Shown piece after piece: positions 1 through 10,362 of a DNA stretch of 64,000 bases. Both the position numbers and the translations under genes were made by a program. Each line of letters opens with the position of its first letter. Position 1 is the stretch's first letter. Below the pieces are notes generated by a model, which was not told the DNA's origin, made no database searches, and worked only from the letters and a program-made list of their open reading frames with translations. This stretch comes from Octopus sinensis (Eukaryota). Location of the stretch: NCBI RefSeq assembly GCF_006345805.1, contig NC_042998.1:129456001-129520000 (forward strand), read 5' to 3'.

Positions 1-139
1 GAACGTTCATATAGATACTACAAACAATTTGTGCTAATCTGTTTAGTTTTTTAAAGTTCAATTAAATTTTATCTTCAAAGAACACACATACTTTATATAT
101 ACTTATATGCGTGTGTGTGTATATGATAGATCGCTAGCT

Positions 140-312
140 ACTACACATTCTTTATTTTCACTCCCTGTTTCTTTCTGTGTTCCTTTCTGTGGAAGAGCGT
201 AGACTCGAAACGTTAAAAACTTTTTCACTTCCCGAGCGTTAAAATAATACATCTGTTTGTTGTCTACACGATCTGTCTTTGTCTTTTGCTCTTTTTTTGT
301 GAATTCTCCCTA
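140..312 (+). mobile_element. Penelope-like pLTR/3' end fragment with a degenerate hammerhead-like motif
   Basis: cttt-CTGTGGA-a-gag-cgtaga-ctc-GAAACGT-t-aaaa at 183-218. A homologous copy lies on the minus strand at ~7320-7500. A pyrimidine-rich tail ends in (TA)n. Confidence 0.5.
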
Positions 313-542
313 TATATATATATATATACTAGAAATATTAAAATTACTAAGTCTCTATAAAAGATTCGACAGCGTTTACTGGAAATTAATTGTTATCGCC
401 TATTAATATGGTATTCTTATAGATATAGAATAATCGCTGCCGCTGGTCAGCTCCATGAGGCCACCGCCTTAAGATAGCTATTGATACACGATCTGTACCA
501 TTATAACCTCCGAACAAGGAGGTCAGCCGCTTCACACTGCCA

Positions 543-602
543 GTCCGACAGCTACAGACGCGTTTCGGGGTATTGCCCCTTGTCAATGTAGCGCAGTCAG
601 AC
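543..602 (-). ncRNA. Minimal type I hammerhead ribozyme, U3-A8 core variant (copy 1)
   Basis: Reverse complement reads GTCTGAC-tgc-GCTACA-TTGACAA-GGGG-caata-CCCC-GAA-ACGCGT-C-TGTAGC-t-GTCGGAC: stem I, core, stem II, GAAA, palindromic stem III and GUC site. Confidence 0.8.
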
Positions 603-902
603 CCCGCAGGTGTCGCCACTGACGTCTCTGTTCGAAGGCTTATATTTACCTAGTTTCAATGGAATACATCCACTTGTTTTCATAATAGAAATATTAAAAT
701 TACTAAGTCTCTATAAAGATTACGACAGCGTTTACTGGAAATTAATTGTTATCGCCATATTAATATGGTATTCTTATAGATATAAGAATAATCGCTGCCA
801 CTGGTCAGCTCCATGAGGCCACCGCCTTAAGATAGCTATTGATACACGATCTGTATCCATTATAACCTTCGAACAAGGGAGGTCAGCCGCTTCACACTGC
901 CA

Positions 903-962
903 GTCCGACAGCTACAGACGCGTTTCGGGGTATTGCCCCTTGTCAATGTAGCGCAGTCAGAC
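903..962 (-). ncRNA. Minimal type I hammerhead ribozyme, U3-A8 core variant (copy 2)
   Basis: Identical to copy 1, 360 bp downstream. Confidence 0.8.
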
Positions 963-1500
963 CCCGCAGGTGTCGCCACTGACGTCTCTGTTCGAAGGCT
1001 TATATTTACCTAGTTTCAGTGGAATACATCCACTTGTTTTCAATAATAGAAATATTAAAATGACTAAGTCTCTATAAAAGATATTACGACAGCGCTTACT
1101 GGAAATTAATTGTTATCGCCATATTAATATGGTATTCTTATAGATATAAGAATAATCGCTGCCGCTGGTCAGCTCCATGAGGCCACCGCCTTAAGATAGC
1201 TATTGATACACGATCTGTATCCATTATAACCTTCGAACAAGGGATACAGATCGTGTATCAATAGCTTCTTAAGGCGGTGGCCTCATGGAGCTGACCAGCG
1301 GCAGCGATTTTTCTTATATCTATAAGAATACCATATTAATATGGCGATAGCAATTAATTTCCAGTAAACGCTGTCGTAATCTCTTTTATAGAGACTTAGT
1401 AATTTTAATATTTCTATTATTGAAAAGAAGTGGATGTATTCCACTGAAACTAGGTAAATATAAGCCTTCGAACAGAGACGTCAGTGGCGACACCTGCGGG

Positions 1501-1560
1501 GTCTGACTGCGCTACATTGACAAGGGGCAATACCCCGAAACGCGTCTGTAGCTGTCGGAC
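1501..1560 (+). ncRNA. Minimal type I hammerhead ribozyme, U3-A8 core variant (copy 3, inverted arm)
   Basis: Core TTGACAA 1517-1523, stem II GGGG/CCCC 1524-1536, GAAA 1537-1540, predicted cleavage after C1546, stem I GCTACA 1511-1516 / TGTAGC 1547-1552. Confidence 0.8.
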
Positions 1561-1745
1561 TGGCAGTGTGAAGCGGCTGACCTCCCTTGTTCGGAGGTTA
1601 TAATGGATACAGATCGTGTATCAATAGCTATCTTAAGGCGGTGGCCTCAGGAGCTGACCAGCGGCAGCGATTATTCTTATATCTATAAGATACCATATTA
1701 ATATGGCGATAACATTAATTATATATTATATATATATATATTATA

Positions 1746-1795
<50 letters not shown>

Positions 1796-1799
1796 ATAT

Positions 1800-3275
1800 A
1801 TATATATATAATAATAATATAATATAATAATAATAATAATAATAATAAAAACATTGTGTACAGTGCTCAGGTGCGCTACACAACTCATCTAAAGTGTATG
1901 TATAATCAGGTGTAGTTTCGGCGGATTTCGGAAAGCATGAGGGCCTTAAAGGATGCAGTGTCATGGCAGTCAACAACTGACGCAGGCAGTTTGTTCCATG
2001 CTTCAGCAACTCTGAGCGTGAAAAAATGTTTCCGAAAGTCATGGGAGCTGTGTTGTTTTCTGACTTTGTTGGCATGTCCACGTGTGTTAGACACATGGAG
2101 ACCAAAAAGGTGTTCGGTGTTGTTGTTGGTGAGGTGGTTGATAACTTTGTGGGTGTTTACCAAGTCCATCGCCAAGCGCCGGAGCTTCAGTGAATCCATG
2201 CCCAGGGAAACTAGGCGCTCAGAGTATGGTTGGTGTCTGATGGAGGGTATGCGTTTGGTTGCACGTCTCTGAACAGATTCCAGGAGGTCAATTTTCTGAG
2301 CATGATAGGGGTTCCAAACTGATGATGCGAATTCCAAGTGTGGTCGTACCATAGCTGTACACAGTTTTAAATAGATGGCTGGAGAGCGGCTAACAAAAGT
2401 CTTGCTGAGTGATGCCAAGACACCCTCGGCCTTCTTGACAATTTTAGTGATATGCTTTGTCCAACGCAAATCACTGCTGAGAGTGATGCCTAGGTCACGC
2501 TGGCAAGAGGATTTCTTGATATCAGTGTTGTGGAGGGAGTATGTGGACGCAGGGTTTTTTCTCCCAAAATGCATGGTGGTACACTTGTCCACAGCCAGTT
2601 TCAGTTGCCAGTCTGTGATCTATTGCTGCATTGTGTCCAGGTCTGATTGCAGGAAAGAGCTGTAGACAACAGGATCTGTCCTCTTGATTTCAAGGTACAG
2701 CTTGATGTCGTCTGCATATTTCAATAATGTGGCATTCTTTAAATTGGCATCTATGTCATTAATGTATGCCACAAACAAGTGGGGACCAAGGACAGATCCC
2801 TGTGGTACACCCGATGACATCTCATATGGTGTAGAATGCTGTCCTCGAACTGTGACTACCTCCTTTCGGCTGAGAATGAAGGATTTCAACCAGTTAAAAA
2901 GATCATCCCTCACACCCATTGCAGAGAGTTTCATCATAAGCCTTTTGTGTGGCACAGAGTTGAAAGCCTTAGCAAAGTCAAGGTAGACAACATCCACCCA
3001 TGAGCCACTGTCAGTGATCTGAGTAATGTCCTCAAGGAACTCGACAAGCTGATCACTGCAGTTGGAGTTAGGGACAAATCCATATTGTGAGGGTCGGATG
3101 TGACTGTGAGAGATCCAGAAATTCCAAAGTGTTTCTCTGACACACGATTCCATCAGTTTTGCAATACAGCTAGTGAGACTGACTGGGCGATAGTTGACAG
3201 GTGATGTGCGGTCGCCCTTTTTGAATAGAGGAATGACACTGGCAGTTTTCCACTGCTCCGGAGTGGCACCATTGT
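1800..3275 (-). mobile_element. 5'-truncated CR1/L2-group LINE: RT domain, C-terminus and 3' tail
   Basis: In-frame ORFs 2620-3270 and 1906-2592 contain NYRPVSLTS, YLDFAKAFNSV, GVPQGSVLGP, YADD, RPHLEFASSVWNPY and LESVQRRATK. One in-frame TAG (2620-2622) sits where Trp is expected. A short 3' UTR ends in (ATT)n. Confidence 0.95.
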
Positions 3276-3304
3276 TGAGACATACACACGCACATATATA
3301 TGTG

Positions 3305-3336
<32 letters not shown>

Positions 3337-3368
3337 CTCACACACAGAACACACACACACACACACAG

Positions 3369-3407
<39 letters not shown>

Positions 3408-3574
3408 GACACATATACTTCATACTTGATCATAGCAATATAATATTTATAGTGTCTATAGTCGGTGAAACACTCAGTAATTAACAGCTGATGTTAATGC
3501 ACAGAAACAATTATTGTGGCTTTGATTAAAGCCTTTTCATTCCATCTTGTATTATAATGTTTTACCCCGTCCTT

Positions 3575-3614
<40 letters not shown>

Positions 3615-3859
3615 ATCAAAATAAGCAACAACGATATCCAGAGGTAATGCAGTACGATAGGTTTCATGCGACTCCATTTAAGTGAACAATGCAAACATTA
3701 CATCAATTTAAAATGTAGAGCAATCTTCAGCTGCATAAAAATATAGAATTTAGTTAAATTCGAATGATTCATTTGTATAATTTTCTTTTTATCCAAAATC
3801 ACAAAGAGGATAAGTAGATAGACAAAGAACGTGTTTTATCAGCAACATCACAGTTGTAA

Positions 3860-3910
<51 letters not shown>

Positions 3911-4176
3911 TATATATATATTAATAATAATAAAGGGTAAAATTAGTTAATTATTTAGTAATTAATAATCTTACCAAGCAGTGTTCAGTATGTAAAAGGA
4001 CCATTTACGGTAAACTTAAACATTACTTTATATAATTAGGGTTCTGCAAAGAAATTTGCTTTACCACATACCGAACTTTTAGAAATAGTACTATTATAGG
4101 ATGAAGTTTTTTTACAGAAAAAATTCATCAAGAAAAGTAGCAGCATATTAAAATACTTTTAAAGATTAAAATTATA

Positions 4177-4378
4177 TACAACTTATAAACAAGGGCAAAA
4201 GAAAATTATTTCTATGCCAATATGCTGATAACAAACTTTTAAATCGTCAATTTCCACTTCAGAAATACGTTGTATTTCTGTAGATGGTATATAATAATAT
4301 GTGGAAATTGACGATTTAAAAGTCTGTTGTCAGCATATTGGCATAGAAATAATTTTTTTTTTGCACTTGTTTATAAGT

Positions 4379-4382
<4 letters not shown>
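4177..4382. mobile_element. MITE/fold-back element with ~75-bp inverted arms
   Basis: acaacttataaacaag...cgtcaatttccac pairs with gtggaaattgacg...cttgtttataagttgt. TA flanks both ends and the loop holds a small hairpin (cagaaatac/gtatttctg). Confidence 0.75.
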
Positions 4383-4427
<45 letters not shown>

Positions 4428-5334
4428 TTGTCCTGTGTTTTTTAATTATTTGCTATTTTTGCTGTTGTTGTTGATGTTGATATTTTATTTGGTGAAAATC
4501 GTTTCACCTATTATTAAAAAAATATATCCAGAACTATCTTGATCAACTTAACATTTCATTATTTTTGACAATATCGAAAATGAATATGATACGCCTGCTA
4601 TTTCTAGCTGCTTGAACGATCTCGTAGAACCTCATTTGCTGGTTCATTGATTGGTTGATCATATTTTATATATTAGATAGTTTGTACTCTTTGTATTGAT
4701 TGTTCTTTTGACATCAATGCATGCATTGTTTAGTATTTTGAAAAACGGAATTCAGTTGTTACATTCTCCCGCAAGGTAAGGCTTTCATCTTCTTCAACTA
4801 TTGATATAATGTGTGACAGTATCGATTATCAAATAACTGAGTGTTATCTTATCGGTTCCACTTATCTTCATCTTCCAGCTATACTTTTTTAAAAATCTCC
4901 GTGAAATTGGGTCTCTACTTTTTGCTAAAGGAGACATTTAATTCTTAGTGACGAATTTCGAATTTATTTTCTGGTAGACCTATATCAGTCGTATTGCTTG
5001 CGGCAGCTATCACCACGTTATAACAGGAAGTGATACTTTAATCGAGAAATTCAATATTTAGAGAGTAGTAGTTTTGGTGTAACACATTTTAGTTGATGCG
5101 AAAATGTTGTTTGAACTGTGCCGATATGTTTGATTATATTAGCCGAATTAGGTCATAAATCCTTCGCATTTAATAATTTAGATATAATATTTTTAGGTAG
5201 TAAAGCCTACATGTCATTTGTTGTTACTGTTATAATATACGGCAAGCTGAACTAGATTACAGTCTTCTATTATGTTTATTAATAAATATGTAAGAACTTT
5301 AGCAAAATTTCCTATGGATATTCTATCTTCTTTT

Positions 5335-5948
5335 TTTCCTACTCTAGGTGCATGGCCCGAAATTTCTGGGGCGGGGTCCAGTCGATTAGATCGACCTCAG
5401 TACGAAAATGGTACTTAATTTAACGACCCCTAAACGATGAACGGCAAAGTCGACCTCGGCGGAATTTGAACACAGAACGTAAAGACAGACGAAATACCGC
5501 CAAGCATTTCGCCCGGCATGCTAACGTTTCTGATTTCTTTATTGCCCACAAGGGGCTAAACATAGAGGGGACAAACAAGGACAGTCAAAGGGATGAAGTC
5601 GATTACATCGACTCCATTGCGTAACTGGTACTTAATTTATCGACCCGGAAAGGATGAAATGCAAAGTCGACCTCGGCGGAATTTGAACTCAGAACCTAGC
5701 GGCGGACGAAATATCTATTTCTTTACTACCCACAAGGGGCTAAACACAGAGGAGACAAACAAGGACAGACAGATGGATTAAGTCGATTATATCGATCCTA
5801 GTGCTTAACTGGTACTTATTTGATCGACCCCGAAAGGATTAAAGGCAAAGTCGACCTCGGCGGAATTTGAACTCAGAACGTAATGGTAGACGAAATACCA
5901 CAAAGTATTTCGCCTGGCGTGCTAACGTTTCTGTCAGCTCACCTCCTT
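5335..5948 (-). mobile_element. tRNA-type SINE family A, trimeric copy
   Basis: Three ~185-bp units each contain gtcgacctcggcggaatttgaactcagaacgt (B-box gttcaaattcc on the sense strand). The tRNA-like head is at the 5948 end. Confidence 0.85.
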
Positions 5949-6689
5949 AACTTTCCTATGAATATTGAGGAACACATTTGCAGAAGATGATAGTGGAAAG
6001 ACGTGGTTTTCTTTTTATGTGTTCTGAGTTCAAATCTCGCCTTCATCCATATAACCTTATATCCAAGTATGCAAAATTTATACTAAATACATAATAGAAT
6101 CAATTCAATAATTTACTATCTTTTCTCTCTTTCAAAGTATTGATTTCCCTTTAATGTAATGCATCAGTATTATTCAGATTTTCTTCTTAGTCATAGTTTA
6201 TGATATATCAGCATGAAATATAAGAAAAAAATTCTAAACATTTAAAAATAAATAAGCAAAACATATATAGAGTATAGAAATAATTATATTCTTGCTCTTA
6301 TCAGAATGTATTAGTAGTGTGATTTTATTACTAGACTTTCTATGGTGTTACAGCAATAGATTTGAATGTTTGGTGACTTACGCTAGTTACAAATTCAATT
6401 TCCTGAAAGATTATTAGTTATCTGAGATCTCATAAGGTATGATGACTTTGAACATCAGAATACACAGTCTAATTCTAAGCTTACTTTTCAGATACAATAT
6501 TTTGATCATGACCTGTACTATTTTTACAAGCTAATCATCTCTATTCAAGTTTAAAGTTTGAATATGTAATTTCTTATCGCTTCAAGAAAGTATAAACTTT
6601 ATGACTTGTATAAACAATTTTATTTTTCACACCAACAAATATATAATTCTGTATATTTAATTAGTGATTCGTTCCTCTAAAATGAAAAG

Positions 6690-6720
<31 letters not shown>

Positions 6721-7030
6721 AATATATGTGTGTGTGTGTGTGTGTGAGTGTGTGCGTGAGAGTATATATATATATATATGGGGAATACATAGGGATACAA
6801 TATCCAAGTACTTATTTATAATCCAGGTTTAGTTTAGGCTAACCATACAAAGTTATAATGACAACCTAGAAGTACTTGTTGTAAGCAATCCCACTGTATT
6901 TTATCCGATGGGTAAACCCTGAGTCCGCTTCTCTGCGTTATGAATATTTTAGAAAGTGTACATCCAATACAGTAACAGTGAATACAGAGATCAGCACAGC
7001 TGCATAAGTTCTTATATCATTTCTACAGTC

Positions 7031-7283
7031 AAGGCGGCGAGCTGGCAGAAACGTTAGAATGCTGGGCGAAATGCTTAGCAGTATTTCGTCTGTCGCTACG
7101 TTCTGAGTTCAAATTTCGCCGATATCGACTCTGTCTTTCATCCTTTCGGGATCGATAAATTAAGTACCAGTTATGCACTGGGGTCGATGTAATCGACTTA
7201 ATCCCTTTGTCTGCCCTTGTTTGTCCCCTCTATGTTTAGCCCCTTGTGGACAATAAAGAAATAAGAAACGTTAGAACGCCTGG
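7031..7283 (+). mobile_element. tRNA-type SINE family A, monomer plus start of a second unit
   Basis: aaggcggcgagctggcagaaacgttag (A-box-like), gttctgagttcaaatt (B-box), and central ctttcatcctttcgggatcgataaattaagtacca. Confidence 0.85.
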
Positions 7284-7319
7284 CATTATCTCGTCTTTCT
7301 TTACGTACTGAGTAGAAAA

Positions 7320-7510
7320 GTAGAGCAGAAAGGATTATTTCTACAGTGAATTACAGTGATGTAGACAACAAAGAGATGTATTAGTATAACGCTCTGGAAG
7401 TGAAAAAGTCTTTAACGTTTCGAGCCTACGCTCTTCCACAGAAAGGAACAGAGAAAGAAACAGAGAGAGAAAATAAAAAATGTGTAGTGTCTAGCGATAT
7501 ATATATTTGG
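7320..7510 (-). mobile_element. Second copy of the Penelope-like pLTR fragment seen at 140-312
   Basis: Reverse complement of 7410-7445 is cttt-CTGTGGA-agagcgtaggctc-GAAACGT-t-aaag. Flanks match 140-260. Confidence 0.5.
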
Positions 7511-7900
7511 CAGGTGACAACAGATGTTGAGAGCAAAGAATGTGAGAAGATGGTTTGGAAATCTGATATGGCAACAAAAACTGCTATGATGTTGACGATC
7601 TGCTGACTCTAGGTTTGAATTTACATGCGAGAATAACGTCTGATTGTATTTATTAAGAACATTGGCCTTAAGGGGAATGGGAATTAGTAAATTTAGATAT
7701 TGAGTACAGCTATTGGGCAAAAATTTAGATAAAATTAAAACTTGGATAATTAAATAAGTAGAACTTATTTTGTTAGTCAACCTGTACATTTCTTCTAATA
7801 ATCAAATTTTAATTCACGTGTACTTTCTCCGTTCTATGTGTGTTGCAGGGATTTTCTAATATGTAGTTTAACGTATGGGGAATATTAATTACAAGTTATA

Positions 7901-8107
7901 TTGGTTTCAAATTTTGGCACTAGGCCAGCAAATTCGGGAACGGGGCTTAAACCGATTATATCGACTCCTGTGCTCAACAGGTACTTATTTTATCGACCTC
8001 AAAAGGATGAAAAGCTAAGTTGACATCGGCATAATTTGAACGCAGAACATAAAGGCGGATGAAATGTCGCTCAGTATTTTGCCCGGTGTGCTAACGATTC
8101 TGCCATT
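7901..8107 (-). mobile_element. SINE family A, diverged copy
   Basis: Homologous to 7031-7283 in reverse orientation. Confidence 0.75.
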
Positions 8108-8120
8108 AATAATAATAATG

Positions 8121-8156
<36 letters not shown>

Positions 8157-8169
8157 GTGGTGGTGGTGG

Positions 8170-8362
8170 TGGTTTCAAATTCTGGTACACGGTCAGCAAT
8201 TCCTGGGAGGTGGTTATGTCGATTATATCGACCCCTGCGCTCAACTAGTACTTATTTTATCGACTCCGAAGTCGACGACCTCGGTGGAATTTAAACAAAG
8301 AAAGTCAAGCCAAACGAAATGGCACTAAGGATTTTGCCCAGCTTATGCCAGCTCGCCGCCTT
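8170..8362 (-). mobile_element. SINE family A, diverged and deleted copy
   Basis: Ends in gccagctcgccgcctt (reverse complement of the SINE head) and contains ggaatttaaac and tacttattttatcgac. Confidence 0.7.
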
Positions 8363-9724
8363 AATTACAATTCATATTAATTAAAATGGCGGATGTTATA
8401 TTCTTCATTTGTTAGTGGAGATCGATCTCACTTTTTAAGTTTGGTTTCTCGTTACTACGCTCGGCTGTAATCCTAATGGGTATAAATATCTTTGCACATA
8501 AACATTCTGTCGCAGAACGAGGCGAAAATCCTTTTACCGATCACACAGATTTCTACACGTCTATTAAAGATGAAAATGATTAATTTGATGATTATTGTGC
8601 AACCAACACTTTAAAGCAATTTCAAAAAGGGATAAGAAAAACATTACAGTATAAGTTGATCCAGCTCTTATTAGAATTATCTATTAAGGCATTTCTGTCC
8701 TCTGAAATTTATTAGTCTAAATGATAAATAGTTTCGCGCATCTAAGATTATATTAATATATTCCTGCCAGTTTAATTCAAAATAATATTGTTTTGATCAT
8801 GTATATTTCATGAGTGAAAAAGTGCGTGATCATTCAGTCATATTGGCTGGATAGCGAAAATGCTATCTAGTAGTAAAGAGGCTATGGCAAACCTTCCAAA
8901 AGTTTTTTAAAAAATAAAGGAGAAAAGTCAGAGTGAAACTTACTCTAAACTGGCAGGAATAATAGCCTAAAAAAGTCAGACTACCTTTCTTGAGCAAAAA
9001 AAAAAAAGAATCATTTGAGTATATACATCACAAATGATCTGATTTCTTTGTCCTAAACTATTAACGTTCTATGATGAAAAAATTCCACATTTCATGCATT
9101 TCTTTTTAATGAAATGTGAAACTTCATAAAATGTTCAATTAATAAGTCAGGTGTTACATGATAATGACGATTTCTAAAAGGAATGAAAGAGTGCTATACA
9201 TAATTACCCCACCGACTAGAAATATTAATATTCGCAAAAGTAAATAAAATAACATAAAAGGAATTTACGTGTGTGAATTCTAAACAGCCTTTTCCTCGAG
9301 ATTCCTCAACTGCCAAATCAAATTCAGATTTCTAATATCACTAAATGTAGTGTGAATGTGTCCACAGGGGGAATCAAAAGTGTAAATGCGACAACTAGGT
9401 GACAAATCGTGTAAGTAATATTCTTGTGAAAGCCAAAAGGAAGAAAGTCCGCTATCACAATACTTTCTCTTTAATTAGCGCCTTCAATCTAGCTACTATT
9501 TACAACTAGAAAGGAACTACATATGATATGAACATTTTGAATTGATTTGACACAAATAAATTACTATATTAATGCAAGTGGGAGAACAGCAGTTCATAGA
9601 TATACAGTGAAATCTGAAAGGCCGAAACATATATGAAGCATTAAATTGAAATAAAGAGCTATGTCCTTTTGTTATTCTCGTTTCTAAACAAAATTGGATG
9701 AAGTAAAATAAATATATATATATG

Positions 9725-9760
<36 letters not shown>

Positions 9761-9848
9761 TGTATGTATGTATGTATGTATGTATGTATGTGTATACATA
9801 TACATACATACATATATATATATATATAATATATATATATATATATTG

Positions 9849-10313
9849 ATATGTACAGATATGTACCCCACCGAGTTTGTTACCTCAAAAGGTCCTGAAA
9901 AACGGATAGCTTTTAAAGAAATGTTCAACAAATACCGCTTAGATTCTATAGATTCAAAGTATACAGGGATTTATGCGAGGGAGATTTTTAGAAGGGGTAG
10001 GGAGAGGAGTTTCAGAAAATCCGCATGATCCGACTTTGTTCCCTCATAACTTTAAGAAAAATGGATATCTTTTAATGAAATTTTATTCAAATACCTTTCA
10101 AACAGCATAGGTTATGATTATAAAGATACTTGTAGGGAAAACGTTTTCCGTGGGGGTGGGTAGAGGAGTTTCCAAAATGGGGCTTCAGATCAAGAAGACA
10201 TTTCAGGGGTACATTACTTTCAGAGTATTTTCCAATTATACACCGCTTTGGCTGTATTACATTACAGACAAGATCGCACGCAAGCAATAACAGAGTTTTA
10301 GTAGTATATAGAT
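9849..10313 (+). mobile_element. Putative non-autonomous Helentron/HINE (DINE-1/Lep1)-like element
   Basis: Internal cataactttaagaaaaatggat and a 3' end acagaca...ttttagtagtatatagat resemble HINE-type ends (recalled similarity only). No ORF. Confidence 0.4.
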
Positions 10314-10362
10314 AAATGATAGTAGTGACAATCCAAAGAATGAACCATACAGGCAAGTTTAA

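Larger units (their letters stand above)
330..1720. repeat. Tandem and inverted array of a ~356-361 bp non-coding monomer carrying a hammerhead ribozyme (retrozyme-like or Penelope pLTR-like)
   Basis: Unit starts (tagaaatatt) at 330, 686 and 1047. The sequence folds back at 1222/1242 and continues as the reverse complement to ~1720. Both ends run into (TA)n. Copies differ mostly by 1-nt indels. Confidence 0.92.

Noticed and set aside
616-650. Possible second hammerhead on the opposite polarity (CTGACGT...GAAG)
   Set aside because: A9 and GAAA are non-canonical and there is no stem II or III, so a symmetric viroid-like design is not supported.
386-816. ORFs 386-619 (-) and 610-816 (+) within the ribozyme monomer
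   Set aside because: Not kept in frame between copies and no recognisable domain; one spans the predicted cleavage site.
330-1720. CRISPR-like or rDNA-spacer interpretation of the repeats
   Set aside because: No unique spacers and no rRNA sequence; whole monomers are repeated in a eukaryotic context.
1937-3484. Plus-strand ORFs overlapping the LINE, and the N-terminal extension of ORF 2620-3423
   Set aside because: Antisense shadows of the RT, and read-through from a CA/TA microsatellite.
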